Shown here one piece after another: positions 31,799-46,430 of a stretch of 64,000 bases of DNA; the stretch's first letter is position 1, and the number at the start of each line of letters is the position of its first letter. Under the pieces are notes generated by a model. It worked only from the letters and a program-made list of their open reading frames with translations. It made no database searches and had not been told where the DNA came from. Both the position numbers and the translations under genes were made by a program. The DNA is taken from assembly GCF_009914755.1 (NCBI RefSeq), contig NC_060927.1; one strand, 5' to 3'. The DNA comes from the human T2T-CHM13v2.0 reference genome, Homo sapiens.

Positions 31799-34700
31799 TG
31801 AATGAATACAGGAAGCACAAGCAATATTAGCTGTTTCTAACACTTATAGCTTATCTGGCTATGTTTTTTGTTGTTGTTTTTCCTCATTCTGAAATGAGAG
31901 AAGAGGGAAAGGGGGAAAAACTCCATCAGTTCAGTGGTCTGGTCTTTGAATAGAGATAGAAATAATATTTCTTTGAAAGCTACGTATGTATCAGCAATTG
32001 ATTCTATGATAGTTCTCTAGCAATTCAAAGATGGGCTTCTATTGCTTAGAAGGGAAGGAGATAGAAAGAGAAGGAGAGAAGAAAAGGAGAGGAAAGGAGG
32101 AAGGAAAAAAGAAAAGAAAATGCATTTTCTGGTCTTCCCTCCTATTGTGGCATCTTAGCTGTTGATGTTACCTTCCATATAAGAAGATTCCTTTCAAGCG
32201 TCAGCAGAAGACCTTATTTGATGGTAACCATGGGTCCTACCTCTGTCAGGACATATTGCTTCTGACTATCTATCCATCCTTCTCTCTCAGGCTCTGACCT
32301 TCATGCTGGGAACCTTTCTTCATGGGAGTGGAATGTGTCTCCTAAGCAAAGGAAAAGGATAGGCCCATAGGCATATCATTGTTATCCAGCATCTTACTCA
32401 TCCTTAGAGCTCCTACACAAAAATACAAATCATGATCCTGCCAAAAAGGAGCACTTGAAAGGCTGAAGAAGGGCCTCATCTTCTTGTTGGACTGTTGTCC
32501 AGTGTTCCACTTCCTTGTATGAAACTGAATGCCTTGCATCCTAACTCCTGTGTATACCACTTGAAAATACATATTGTAGGTGACTGCCCTTTGATCACAG
32601 AGATTAGGGAAGCAGGAAAGATTGCAAAATCTAAAAGAAAAAAAAAAGGCTTATAACTAAGAGAAAAAGAAGGAGGACCTTATGCCCACTCTGGTTTGTT
32701 ACCTGCATTTTTCATCATGGATGTGTCACATGTGAGTTCTGTGAATCAGTGCTGAGCTGAATTCTCTGGGATATTGCAACTTTGTTTTGCTTTTTCTTTC
32801 TTTCTCATCCCAGCATTTCCTTCAATGGGAACAATGTGACATAAAATTATTATCAGAATACTGCGAGGAAAAGAACTTAGAAAATAATTTGGAATTTTCA
32901 AGTTAAAATTAAGAGCTGTGTTAGTAGGCTTCCTTCCTCTAGTTAGCTGGGAATCAATTTTCTAATTCAGTCTCTCCTCTCTGTCATTTGTCTATTGATA
33001 TATGCTAGGCCATGCAGTATTTGCCTCTTTTTATTCCTTTTAATTAACTTTTTAAAATCAATTATGATTATTTATATGGATTCCTATTCTCTCTTCTCAT
33101 CAAATTTGTTTGGCTTACTTTTTATTTACATGCCACTACCCACTGCTGTGAATTAACAATAACAAAAAATCTGCACTCTTCCCTTCCACCTCTTGAACTG
33201 GAGAAACAGTTAGCTAATAAGAGGCTAAATGAGCCTTAGAGTATAGAGAAGCTGGAATCCTTAAATTATTTAAATTGAAAAATGGCTGGTTTTACAATCA
33301 GAAAAACTCAAGTGGACCGTAAGCCCCTACTTGATTGTTCCCCCTTATCTGGATGATCTTGTAATGACAGCTGGAGTTATCTGCCATCAGCATCACTGTC
33401 CACAAAAGCTTCTACTCTCTCTGCTCAACTCTTCAGCAGCCCTGGGGAGCTGGGGCTGTTTCAGGGGAGAGGGCCCTAGAGGATTGGAAACTTTATTAAA
33501 ATGCAAAGCTCTCTCTAGTGACATAAAAGCTCAGTAAAGGGTAATGGATCTAAAATCACAGAGCCAGAAATTATCTGCAGAATGAAAAAAACTGAGATTT
33601 CATATACTGTAGGCTAGGGTCAGTGTAAAATAAGGGGCAATATAAAATAAATAGCAGTTTAAAATAAGGAGCAAGAGATAGAAGGAAAAGAAAATGTAGT
33701 GTTTCAACATCAATAGTGCAACAAACGCCACATGTGTCAGACTGGCCCTTGTAGAATTCTGTCTCAGGAAGTGACCCAATGAAATGTATTATGGGAAGTC
33801 AGGATAGTTGTCTGCTTTGAAAGTTTAGAGAAGTGCCCCCAAACCTTCCTGATTTTCTCTTGATAAGCAATTCATTCTTGGGCTACCACCCATTAATTTT
33901 CTGAAACTTATTGTTGCTAATAGAATTGGTAGTAACAGATAGTAATAGGACCCCATCACACTTTTGCTTGACATCTGAATGTGGGCTCTCCCTTCACTGG
34001 CCTTATGAAAATGAGGAATCTAATTCACAAACTGTATATTTTAAATGTATTTGCTCATTTTGATCCATTTTACTTTAAAAATTAAAGAGTAAGATCTTAA
34101 TTCATTTAACTCAAAGGACTCCACTTAAGATTACTCACTAATAAGTTAAATGTTGAAATGAAAATTGAGGCACTAAAAGATAGAACAATTATATAATTTG
34201 TCTTAAACAATGGCAATTAGTAGCAGAATGAAAAACGGCATCCAGGTGATTTCAGTTTGCATATACTAAATTATTCAAAAATCCTTTATTTTATATTCTA
34301 AATTTCTTACTAGAAAAAAATGACTGTCAGCATGAAAAAGTCATAAGTAATATTCAAAATAGCCCATTGCTCTTAAAAGGCAGAGTAGTATGTTCCCTTC
34401 TGCACATTACTACTTTGAAAACAGTTCTCAGGGAAATTTATTATCATCATCACTACCCTGACAACTACCTACCGACAATCATTTATTGAGTGCTTACCGT
34501 ATTTCTCCCTTCTCCAGGTCTTATCTTCAAGCCTCGTTTTCCCTTCTGCTCAGAACTTTAAAAAAAAAAATCAGTGTTGGGTTAAATTACTTAACTGATA
34601 ATTTCTCTTTTCATGCAACTAGCAAGTTCAGTTAGCAAATGAAAAGCTAAATGAAGTATTCATTCCTTCATCTTCAGCAGAAGACATTAAAATTACCAGT

Positions 34701-35759
34701 CAGATCACAAGTACTTCATGTATCAGGAGAATTCCCACCCCACACATATATATAATGATTTGGCTTCATTTTTTCCAAAAATTTTGTATTTACCCTTCAC
34801 ACATTTAAAAACTGATTTTTAGTGATGAGAAAAGGTTGATAGAATTACTTAGGACTTTTTTTTTTCATTTTTAGTGCAGAGATAGCTTCAGGTGTGACTT
34901 TATAAACAAGCTTTCATCTCCAATGTAAGAAAACAAGGTTCTCTCTGTCCCCCGAAAAGAGACTGGGTACTGGAACACAGAGAAGCTCCTTTGTCTGGGT
35001 CTCCCCTTCACCCTCCATTAGTATGCACTGCTGCAAACTTGAGGCACAGTGAAGAACTTCTTTGACTTGGGAGGGTGGTTTTTATAAAACCCCAAGCTTT
35101 GTTCCACAGGGACACTCATGTCAAATAGCAGTCCCCCATAGTAATTGTAACTCCATCATATTCTCCCATTCAAAACAGTGTACTGGGGTATGAGTGAAAG
35201 CAATACTATTGCAAGGATAATCTTGAATTTGCTGTAATTCATTCTTAAATATATTGTCTGCAAACACCAGAACTTTATTATTATTTCATACTTCTTAGAA
35301 CAGATCTCAATCACAGCTGATCATGGCACATTGATCTCATGAAACTGGGGTTAAGACATATCCTTTTAGTGAAATTGGCAACTAAATTGGCAGAGCTACT
35401 AAGAAATGGAGATTCTTAGATCTGTGGAGCTGAGACTTGAGAAGGTACTCTGACCAACCATTGGCTCTTGAGACTATTTCAGCAAATGATTGGAGCACAT
35501 CATACTGCTTTTCTCCTTCCAACCTGATGTCTCCTCACACCAGGTTGACTCAACAGCCTTATGTTTATGGAGCAAGACAGGACAGAGTTATTGTTTACCT
35601 TAAACTAGGATTGAAATAATCATAAAATGCCGAAATATGATTAATAGCATAAAACTAATTTTATGTGTCGTAACTAAATTTCTGTCTTTTTACTAATTGC
35701 ATTATTGGCATGTGTTAGCTTAGGCTTTATGTTGAAAACTAAATTATTTTTGAAGTTTT

Positions 35760-35926
35760 TAGTGTTCAAAGTGTGATGATTTTCTGGGGAATTTTTTCAA
35801 AGCCCAGTACTGAGACTATGCTCCAGACAAGTTGAATAAGAGCTTCTGAGGATGGGACCCAGACATCAGTATTTTTTAAAGCTCCACAGATTATTCCAAA
35901 GTGCAGCCAAGGTTAAGAACCACCAG
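35760..35926. mobile_element. MER5B-like
   Basis: gatgggacccagacatcagtattttttaaagctcc...ttccaaagtgcagccaaggttaagaaccac. Confidence 0.7.
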
Positions 35927-36359
35927 TCTAAGGAAGGGAAAAAGGTGGGAGAAGGGGGAATCAGTATAGGGAGATATTAGGAAACTAATTTAGTCATGCA
36001 GTTATAATTGGTGCTATTTTGATTTGTTAACCTGATAGTCTGAGAGCATCCAATGACCACTAGATGAGCCTAAGACATCCCCAGTTATCACTCCCTGCTT
36101 CTGTGCATCTAATCCTGTGGAGATTTGTAATCCTGGGAACCAAGGGCAGGAGGAAACTGTGACATCTCTATAGCTGCAGGATTCTTTGCTCTTTAATAAA
36201 GTCAGGGCAAGCTTAATCCCACATAGTTCATAGGGAGGCTCAAAATGGATGGAGGAAAACCTGTCTCTATCCCTCTCTTCAAAGGCAGGTACAAATAAAG
36301 AGTCCTAGGATTACTGCAAATTTCCTAAGAATAAAAAACATTCAGACAAGAGTTAAAAA

Positions 36360-36535
36360 ATATTACAGTGTCTATTGTGAGCAAAGTGCTAACCTAATCC
36401 TTACTACAACTCTGTGAGGCAGGTATTAGATGTGCTCCCATTTTACAGAGGAAGACACTGAGAAACAGTAACAAGAAAGCTGCCCAAGGTCATACAGATA
36501 ATGTGTGCCTAAGTCTGGACTTTTTACTCTAAGAC
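36360..36535 (-). mobile_element. MIR
   Basis: acaactctgtgaggcaggtatta...cccattttacagaggaagacactgag...tgcccaaggtcatacag. Confidence 0.8.
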
Positions 36536-37408
36536 AGATGGAAAACTGACCAAAGGTCACCCTAGCTATTCATGGACAGCTGTCTGTGTCAAAAGAATCT
36601 TCCTTTCTTTAGATAAAGAATCAAATTAGTATGCTAATTGTGTTCTTTGCTAGTATGTGTAAGCAAGCATTATACTCACAGACATGGAAAAGAACCTTAG
36701 TATTCAGACATCAGTATGGCATTTGTTGTCTTTTGAAACATCACCACTAGTTCTCATGACCAATTTGAGTCTATTGGAGTTTCTTCAATTAAAAAAAAAA
36801 AAAAAAGTTGGAATAGCTAAGATAACCCAGCATACGCATCTAAGCTCAAGCTTACATCAAACCTTGAAAACAGGGTAGAACTCCTCCTTATAATATTTCT
36901 GAAAATGGAAATCCTCTTGACTTAGTAGTGATAAAAACGAAAAAAAATTTTGTATGTTCTCCCTCTAAAGTCTTAGAATTTGATAGTGTAATTGGGATGT
37001 GGCATCAACCCCAAACAGCTGCAGCTATCTGTTTCATATTTTGTAAACTTTTTCTGAACCAGAAATTGCTAGTTACCTAAGACAGCAGCCTAAGGTAGGG
37101 CCAACCCTCAACCAATGTGAAGAAAGCAGTTTATCTTTTATTTACTCAACCAAGCGTTGTCTTGTGTCTATTATGTGCTAGGCACTATTCTTCCAGATCT
37201 TTCCCAGCTTACTGACATTTCTTGTCCCTCTTCCTCTCATGCTCCCAACATCCGTATCCCCTGTCCCTGTACCCTCTGGGTCAAAACCCACTCTCAGATA
37301 CCTCACTCCCATGAAGGTAAATGTGGTTAATAACAGCTTTAACAAGTTATTATTTCCAGGATTATAGGTATTATAACAGGGACCAGATCATTTAATCTAA
37401 AAGGGTGA

Positions 37409-37832
<424 letters not shown>

Positions 37833-38194
37833 TTCATGTTTTTATCCCAAATGCTTGGCACAGTGACTTTTCCAGTTGGAACTCAATAACGAAGGAAGCT
37901 CTGGCCTGAGGAAAGCAAGTTGCAATAATAAAGATGTCCTGACACAGATGAATGGGAAGATGTTGGATTCATTTTGAGCCAAACTGGTATGAGGAGGTCA
38001 GCTAAAAGCATGAAGAGGAGATAACCTAGTCCCATCAATTGAATTCTCCTAGGAGCCAGGGTCAGATTTGAGAAACTTCTGGAGGATCCAGTTAGCTTTA
38101 GAAGCTGTAGATCTGGTTTTACTTAGCAGTTCTGGTCCATTTTAATTTGTTACATTTGCGTTTCACTGAAATTGGTATAAAAAGTAAATAAAAC

Positions 38195-38650
38195 GTTCAA
38201 AAAATATTTATTGAGTACCTACTATGTACCAGAAATGTGGCTAGGCATTGTGGATATTGCTGTATAAATCCCAATTCCTGCCCTCTTGAAGCTAACATTC
38301 TACTTAAAGAAACTGATATGAAACCATTAATTATATAATTCAGTATTTAATTGGAGTCATATTAAATGCTACAAAGGAAAAATGCAAAGTACTGAAAAAA
38401 CACACAACAGAAGGATGTGATCTAATATAGAATATCAGGCAAACCTTCTCAGAAATAAAAATTATATATATATATATATATGTATAGAGAGAGAGAGAGA
38501 GAGAGAAAGGAATATAAAGATAAATGAGGCATATCTTTAGAGAGAGAGAGAGAGGAATATAAAGATAAATGAGACATATCTTTAGAGAGAGAGAGAGAGA
38601 GAGAGCAAGAGAGCTGATACCTAAAAGATGAGTGGGAGTTAGCTAAGCGG
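38195..38650 (-). mobile_element. L2 3' fragment containing (TA)n(GA)n and a 45-bp tandem duplication
   Basis: aaaatatttattgagtacctactatgtaccag...cctgccctcttgaagctaacattcta...gagctgatacctaaaagatgagtgggagttagc. Confidence 0.75.
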
Positions 38651-39780
38651 AGAATTTATAAATGGAGTGGACATTTCTAATAAACACCTTTAACATTCAA
38701 TACGCTAGAGCTAATTCTCAGATCAATCTTCTTGCTAACAATTGTCTTGGTTCCTTTTCTTGAGGTTGTTCACATAAGAAACATTTTGAGGTCTTTGTGA
38801 CAAGCTGCTTATTCTGGGCTCTAAATTCAAATAAAACATTGGCATAGAGAAATAAATCATTTCCATAGATGTCAACATCTTTGTGAGACACACAAGTGTA
38901 TTATAATCTCACCCGTTACTGTTTCACCTAGGTCGTTAGCATGAATACCCATTTGAGATACCCCATCATTACACTCTAGGCCAGAAGCTTTCAAATTCTG
39001 AAATGTCCACAGACAAGACTTTCTATTTCACTCTGTCCAGAAACCTTGAGTAAAAGAAAAGGAGGTAGGAAAAGGAAATGAGTCAGGGAACTGAAAACAC
39101 CAGAGAGAGCCCGGTCTGTGTAAGGGATATTTTCACCATCCCCACCCTGTTAACTCAGTACTTCGTACGTTCACAAAAAGACATTCCCAAGTTCGTCATG
39201 CTATTTTATGCAGCACCTTCCCTTGGCCCGCTTCTTCAGCTAATTAAATTCTCATTCCTAAAAACTCAGTTCTGGCATGTTATCCTCTTACCCCACTGTC
39301 CCAGTCTAATTTAGATACACCTCCTTTGTGATCTCATAGCTTGCTACGCTTTTATATCTTATGGCTGTATAATAATAATTGATTTACTTATCTAACTTAT
39401 CTTCTTCTTGAGAGAAGTAGTTCCTTGAGGGCAAGGCTCATGTTTTAATCATTTTTGTACCCCTCATTTCTAGCAGAGTACTTAAAAAGAATCCTTTCAA
39501 TGACTTCATATTCATGCATGATAGTTACTTTTCCTTCCTTAGCCCCTAGAGAGACATGGAAACTTAGATTTTGTTTATCCAGTAAACAAGGCTGGTTTTG
39601 TATGTAGGAAACTTTTGACCCATCCCAGTCTGAAATTCTTCTCCATTTACAGATAAGCCTATTTTAGTTACCTTGACTAAGGTATTGCTCTAGAGACTTC
39701 CTTTGAAAAACCTCTTAATAAAAAAACAGACCAGTCTACATGATCCCACTGACCAATACATTTGTCAGGAACAAAATTGA

Positions 39781-39880
39781 GCTGGGCATGGTGATGCGTG
39801 CCTATAGTTCCAGCTACTAAGGAGACTGAGGCAGGAGGACTCCTTTAGTCTATCTCTAAAAAAAAAAAAAAAAAAAAAAA
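39781..39880 (+). mobile_element. Alu monomer fragment with internal deletion and poly(A)
   Basis: gctgggcatggtg...cagctact...gaggcaggagga jumps directly to tctctaaaaa. Confidence 0.75.
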
Positions 39881-40519
39881 ATTAAGTTAAAACAAAAAAC
39901 AATATGGGTTTTGATGTTCTATTTGGTATAGGACACAACCATATGTTTAAGTGTGATCTTTTAGTCAGTGTATTTAGAATAATTTCCATGTTTCATGTTA
40001 GAAATGGCATAATTTGCAGACTAGAAGAAAGAAAGGAATAAACTATGTCTAGCAGAATACTTGTCAACTAGTAAGATGAGAAAAGGAAAGGATACATTAA
40101 TGAAGGAATAATTGAATGCATGGATAAACACAGTACAACCCAAAAGAATCATCAAGCCATAAGCTAGAATAAGGACTTATCATTGACAAAAACGACAAAG
40201 CCATCAAACAAAAAATAAAAGCTATTGGAAGATCACATTTTCCAGTCAAACAGGACCCAGATATTATTCAAATACCTAAAAAGAAAAGAATGTGTTTTTT
40301 TAAAATACTAGTGTATAGAGACAAAAGTTTGAGACATGAGGAAGAAGTATTATAAATTCCAGAAAAATCCTCTTCCCACCCAATCTTTCCTCTCACACCC
40401 ACCGCTACACACACACACACCATTGTGCTATATACACACAAGTCATAGTTGTCTACTTGCTTTTCCTGAAATAACCATGATTAGAAAAAGAGGAAGTTAG
40501 GGTAAGAGAAAGTTCCTTC

Positions 40520-40860
40520 CCACTGAAATTTCCTCCTTCTATTCCTGCCTATCATTCTTCAAGATAAGCATAAATGCTACCTCCTCTCTGACAACCTGTT
40601 TTTGATTTACTGTAGCCCCCAGCTAATTGCTCCTTTCCTCTGCACTACCACTACAGCTTACCTCATCCCTCTTTTGCACTTATGTCACCATCTTTTATTA
40701 GAGTTAGCTGCGTACATCTTTCCTTCCTCTATCATAGGAGCTTTGGACAAGGGGCTATGTCTCATTTATCTTTATATTCCGCTCTCCCTCTCTTCCTTCT
40801 CCATTCCTATCGCAGTGCCTGGCAAAAGTAAGAACTCAGAAAATGTTTGTGGGATGGAAG
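40520..40860 (+). mobile_element. L2 3' fragment
   Basis: tcattcttcaag...aaatgctacctcctc...tgtctcatttatctttat...gcagtgcctggca...aatgtttgtggg. Confidence 0.65.
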
Positions 40861-41590
40861 GAAGGGGGAAAGAAAAAAAAGGAACAAAGTTTATTTCTGA
40901 AGAAAATGCCATTTGTCTCCCTTCTCCAAAGTATTTTCTTTTTCTAAAATCAGGGAGCAGCCTTTGTTTTTCCCCTAGGTATTAGGGTGTGTGCCCTTGA
41001 ATACCTTACTTTGGCAAAAAGCCAACATTCCATCTCCAACCAGCTGAGTCATTTTCAGTTTTTTTGTGGTTCATTCATGCTTTTCTCCTTTATTGACACA
41101 TTAACATTTCATGGTGAGTAGGTCCTGTTCAGCTGGCAGCCCCTCTCAGCCCCAACACCTCTAAGCTGTCCTCACTTCGCTAGTTCCCAATTGCCTGTCT
41201 CTCTGGGAGCTCTCTGTCATCATCATCAACTGGCAGCAGAAGAATTGTTTGTTTGCTGTTGCTATACCTATGTTTTGATAATTAACATGAAACAAACTCA
41301 GAGAATGAGAGAACTCTGTTAGCAGCTCTCTTTTCTTATGTGTTGTTTTCAAAAGCTCCCAGTTTGTTTTTAAGAAAAAGAGAAAAATATGGATAATGAA
41401 AACACTAGATAGATCTAAAATCCGTTTAATTTGATATCTTGTCAAAATCCTTCCTTTTAAATTTTTCTCCAATACCTATACATCTATTACTTCCATGCCA
41501 TCTGCAATAGTGACTCTCAATGAGTTTCTAGTTTGCTCTGTTTTGTAGGTCATCAATTTGTACCTTAACCTAAAAAATAGTATTAATCCT

Positions 41591-41749
<159 letters not shown>

Positions 41750-44700
41750 TTAATCCATGAGCAAATTTAGTAATTAAAAATCTAGTCTCTCTAAAGCATG
41801 GCATACAAGGGTTGTTGTTTATTGGTTTCTGAGAGGAAATACCACACAGAAAAAATTATGTTACAAGGTTACAAATTTACCTTTGCATCTTGCCCGTAGT
41901 AGGTGCTCAATAACTTCCTGCTGACAGACTGATTAGTTTTAGTAGCTCCCTGTTATTTCCAAATAGACAACATTTTTCAGACTTTTCTGATCCATAATGA
42001 AACATACTTTTTCTTAAGGCTGTGGAAATAGAATAATTCTTATTGCGAGGTTATTTATTACCAGCCAGACCCTCATCTCGCTCTACGGGGCTCTGATAAT
42101 CACCTATTTCAGAAGCCATTAGCCTTCTGTGTGTTGTAAAGCACTCTTCACTATAACATATCTATGCCTTTGTATTCTAAGGGGAGGAATGGTGTGTACT
42201 GAAGTAACAGACCTCTGTTGACCAAGTAAGAAAGTCTTTGATGCACAAATAGTAAATTAAATTGCTTTTATTTGATAGTGTTGAAATTAAACAGTGTGTG
42301 GAATCCATGCCCAGGCATGAGAATATGTACATTCTTTCAAATGTTCAATATTACTGAAACAGATGTATAAGAAAAATACACATTGAAAAAAATGTAATAC
42401 TCACTCAAGGTTTAGGTACTTACAGGAGGACAGCAGGAGCTGGATTTAACTTATTGATTTTAGAGCCACTGTTTTTTTAAAAAAGAGGTGAAATATTGCT
42501 TTTACTGTTTTCAGATAATAGTGACTGTTGTTGCAAATTATAAAATTTAATTAGCTATATAAATGCCAGAGGAACAAATAATGTGCTATTGTCTTGATAT
42601 CTTTCCAGAAATTAGTCTTTTAAAATAAATTTGCCATATTAATCATCTAAAAATATTTTTGATCACTGAATTAATAGTTTGCAGCCTGTTTTCAGGTACT
42701 CATTGCCATAGGTGATTGCTTCTTAATTACTACATGGGCTTTTTCTATTCACTCATATTAATTCATGTTTTCTGGCACAGTCCCAAAAGGCAGCTTGCCC
42801 TATATCTTCTAATTACTTCTATAATTGAATTTGCCCACTTTTTCTAACCTATTTTTTAAACTGACTGTGTTTGTTCATGGTTTATTGTGTCTTTTTTGTG
42901 TCAGTTCTCTGCAAGCAGAATGTACATTGATTCTTTCCTCGTTTCTCATTAATTTTCAAGAGCTTTGCTGCATGTCTGTTTTTTCAGTCTGTCAGACCTA
43001 TTGCTAGACTCCCCCCCTCAAAAAAAGGCTCTTATTATTAAAGGTTAGGTAAAATAGACTGAAGTTAATTAATTCATTAGTAACTCTGAGCCAATTACTG
43101 AAGCCTTCTCTTATTTATATACTTGTTAACAAGACAGAAATAAGAAAGGCCAATTACAGGCTCATGTCCTTCAGAAGTTCAGCAAACCCAGAGCTTATGC
43201 ATTTATTGACATCACTTCAAAAAATTCAGTTTATATATCATATGTGTGAAATTTCTTTTTAAAAAATTGTTAGTTAACACTCTATTCTATCCCTTCCATT
43301 AATAAATTTTAGAGGTGTTTTTCTGCCATCTAGATATCATAAATATATCTAATGTTACTACATCCTCCTAAAATCTTTCTAGGGAGTACTGCTTAGCCTT
43401 AGAGCAATTACAGGAATAAATTTGGCATATTTTCTGATTTTCATTATTCTCCTCTTGTCTAAACTATTAAGGTTTTAATTCTTGAAATGGGACAATTCAT
43501 TAGCAGATCTCACAACTGTAGTCACTTGACATATGTTTTACTTTTTTTAATTGAATATACCAAAGATTTACAACATGTGGAAAGGAAGGTTTTTTTATAT
43601 TTTTCTTCATGACCAGTATAAAAAATTCTAATTGTCTCATGCACACAAACTACCTGCCCAATACATACTACAACTGTGACTTCCCCTTCCCTGCCTCACA
43701 AATATTTTGTTAATTTCACAGGAGTTAGGAAGAAAGGGGATGGACACTTAACCAGTTTTCTATCTATTGATACTGTCTCCATATGTTGATGTCAGCATGA
43801 GGCCACAAATCAGTGAAGAGTCACTTGATGCTAATGTTTCAGTAAATTAATTGGTTGTTTGAATTAAAACCCATTTGAGTTTTTTTTTTTAAACTTTTGA
43901 AATATGATATGGATTTGGGTTATCATAGTACAGTGATGCCAAAGTAATGTCACAGTTACTGCTACCTAACTTTTAGTTTTTTCCTCAGTCCTAGGTATAT
44001 TAAAATTTAATCAGTTATTTCATTTCATAATAATGGCAATCACAGCATCATCGAGCAAGAAAAGTCTCACCAGATTATTTGATAATAATATCAATATTTG
44101 ATAATGTCCTTGATTCTTGGAAAACTAATGGAAAAATAGTTGTCTACCTAATACAGGAAGCCGTTCTTAATACCTCTTATAGCAATGTAAACACTTTCTT
44201 GCCCCAGAATTCTCATGCTGTCTTATTTATAACTATTTTATAGAACTTTTCACTTTCTACTATGCATTATAGTAACTTTCTCTGCTGAATTATTAGCAAA
44301 TTGAAGGCAGTAACTGTGTTTTATGTACTTTGTAGCCCCAGAATTTTAGCCCAATGCCTGCAAATAGTAAGCTCTCAATCAGCATATGTCAAATGAATTA
44401 GGGATGAGGAGTCCTAATCTCTCTTTAACTTCAGCGTCTAACCTCCCTCACTACTTTGGCTAACTAAAGAATCTCTTGCTTGAAATCGGTTAATGTATCT
44501 TAATTTTCTGTGGTAACTACAATACATTGGTAACAGATGTTCCATTATTAATGCATTATGTAGGCTTCTTTGCTCCAAGATTTAAAATCTGTATTAATTT
44601 TTCCTCAGATGAGCTGTTTTTCATTCCTTTAATTACTATATAGCTATATTTTTAATTTCTTATGGCTTTACCGACCTCAGGTCTGTGACTTTGGGCCAAG

Positions 44701-44989
44701 ACCACACAGGCCCTTGTTACTCTTCCCACTCCCATGTGTGGCACAGTCTCTGTATTTTCAGAAACACCTATGAGAATCGGAAATTAGCTTTCCTGGACTC
44801 CTTCACTCCTTAGGGCTTTTACCCACCAACTCTTCATGCTCCTGCTTCAGTGAGGCTAGTTTTCCTTCAGCTAACTTTTGTATATTATCCCTGCCTTTCT
44901 TTCTTTTTACTTCCTTTTTCTTTCTTCCTTTCTTCTGTCTCTTTTCTTTCTATTTGTTTTTTAAAATAATATATTTTATAGCCATGTCT

Positions 44990-45146
44990 CCTAATAGCAG
45001 TGCTTTATATATTTATAATGAGTTCCCTGTGTAGAAGCTTTTGTCACAGATAACTTCTCACTTGATTCTTACAGGCCAAGTTCTATGCAGATGAGGAAAC
45101 TAAATTCAGAGAGGTTAAGTGACTTGCCCAAGGTCACACAGCTAGG
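44990..45146 (-). mobile_element. MIR
   Basis: cagatgaggaaactaaattcagagaggttaagtgacttgcccaaggtcacacagctag. Confidence 0.85.
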
Positions 45147-45344
45147 TTACAATTTCAGTTTTTACATTTTTAACTTGTTGGCCTCCTTATGAAAATGAAA
45201 CACAGAAGAGTTCCTTTTCTTAGTTAAGTCTTATCTTTTGTGTAAGGAAAATACCTAATGTAGACCCCCAAAAGCTACATTTGTAGCCAGGTGAATATTT
45301 TTCCAGTAATTATATAGATCATTATAAAAAGAAAATGTAGCCTA

Positions 45345-46430
45345 GTCTAGTGCTTCTGCAACTTCAATGTGCATATAGGATCCTGTGAAAATGCAGATTT
45401 TGATTCAGTAGGTCTGTAGTCCTCATGAGCTCCCCGGGGAGCCAAAGCCACCAGTCCATAGGCCTTACTTGGAGTAGTTAGGTCCAATGCACAGAGTAGG
45501 GCTTTAGAGCCAGAGATGCTTGATTCACATCGTAGCGCTTCTGTTTACTAACCGTGATCTTGGGCAAGCTCCTTCACCTCTCTGAGCCTGTTTCTTCATT
45601 CTTAAAATGAGAATAATAATATATATCTTACTCGCTGAAAGCCAAGCTGGCTTGCAGGGAATTGACTTTTAGTGACTTGGCCTGCTTCCACTACACACTA
45701 CTACCAGATTAATCTTCCTAAAGCCTCTTTCACTCAGAACTTTCCAGTGAGCCCCATGGCCTGGTGAATTACATACACACTCCTCTTCCCCTTGAGCCTC
45801 AAATGTCTGATGTAATAGTCACAAGTCATATTTCTAGCTTGATCTCTTCCTACTTCCTACTGACACTCATGTGTTACTAACACAGAGATTTCCTGTTTCA
45901 TCTCTCTGATTCACTTTTGTCCTACCCAACCCTTCATCATATCCATAAAAATCTCACCCTTCCATTAAGTCCCTTCTTTCATCCAGGCTCTGGCTGGAAG
46001 CATTCTCCCTATTGTCTACCCTCTATTGCTCCCCAAAACTCCCACACATATCGAGTTAGGTCTCACTGGTATTTGAATTTTTCTAACAGTGTGTTTATAT
46101 CTCTGGACAGTTTCTTTACATTTTTATCTTATATTCTAGTATTTCTATAATGGTGTCTAAGTTCCATGAGGATGTGGATCCGATATCGTTCAGATAGCAC
46201 AGTGGCAAGAACTCAGCCCTGAGGCCCACAGACCTGAGCATGTACCTCAGGTCAGCTCTGCCATTTGCCAGCTTGTTTGCCTTAGACAGGTCTCCTAAAC
46301 CATCTGAGCAAAAAGTAGGTGCCAGTAATACCTAACTTGCAGTTACTAGGAAGAAATTTTGTATTAAAAATACTTTACATGGTATCCAACGCACAGGAAG
46401 GGCTCCTGTCAGCGAAACTGAATGAATTAG
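45345..46430. mobile_element. Patchwork of MER5 (45345-45480), MIR (45490-45630), L2 (~45680-46170) and MIR (46190-46430)
   Basis: aatgcagattttgattcagtaggtctg; gtgatcttgggcaag...ctctgagcctgtttcttcat; accagattaatcttcctaaa; gctctgccatttgccagct. Confidence 0.6.

Noticed and set aside
34855-34930. Poly-T acceptor (34874) with possible micro-exon tgcagagatagcttcag
   Set aside because: The following donors (GTGTGA, AAT|GTAAGA) are poor and there is no other support.
40602-41472. 127-aa (+) and 103-aa (-) ORFs
   Set aside because: They use non-ATG starts, the first overlaps an L2 remnant, and neither has a recognisable domain or exon structure.
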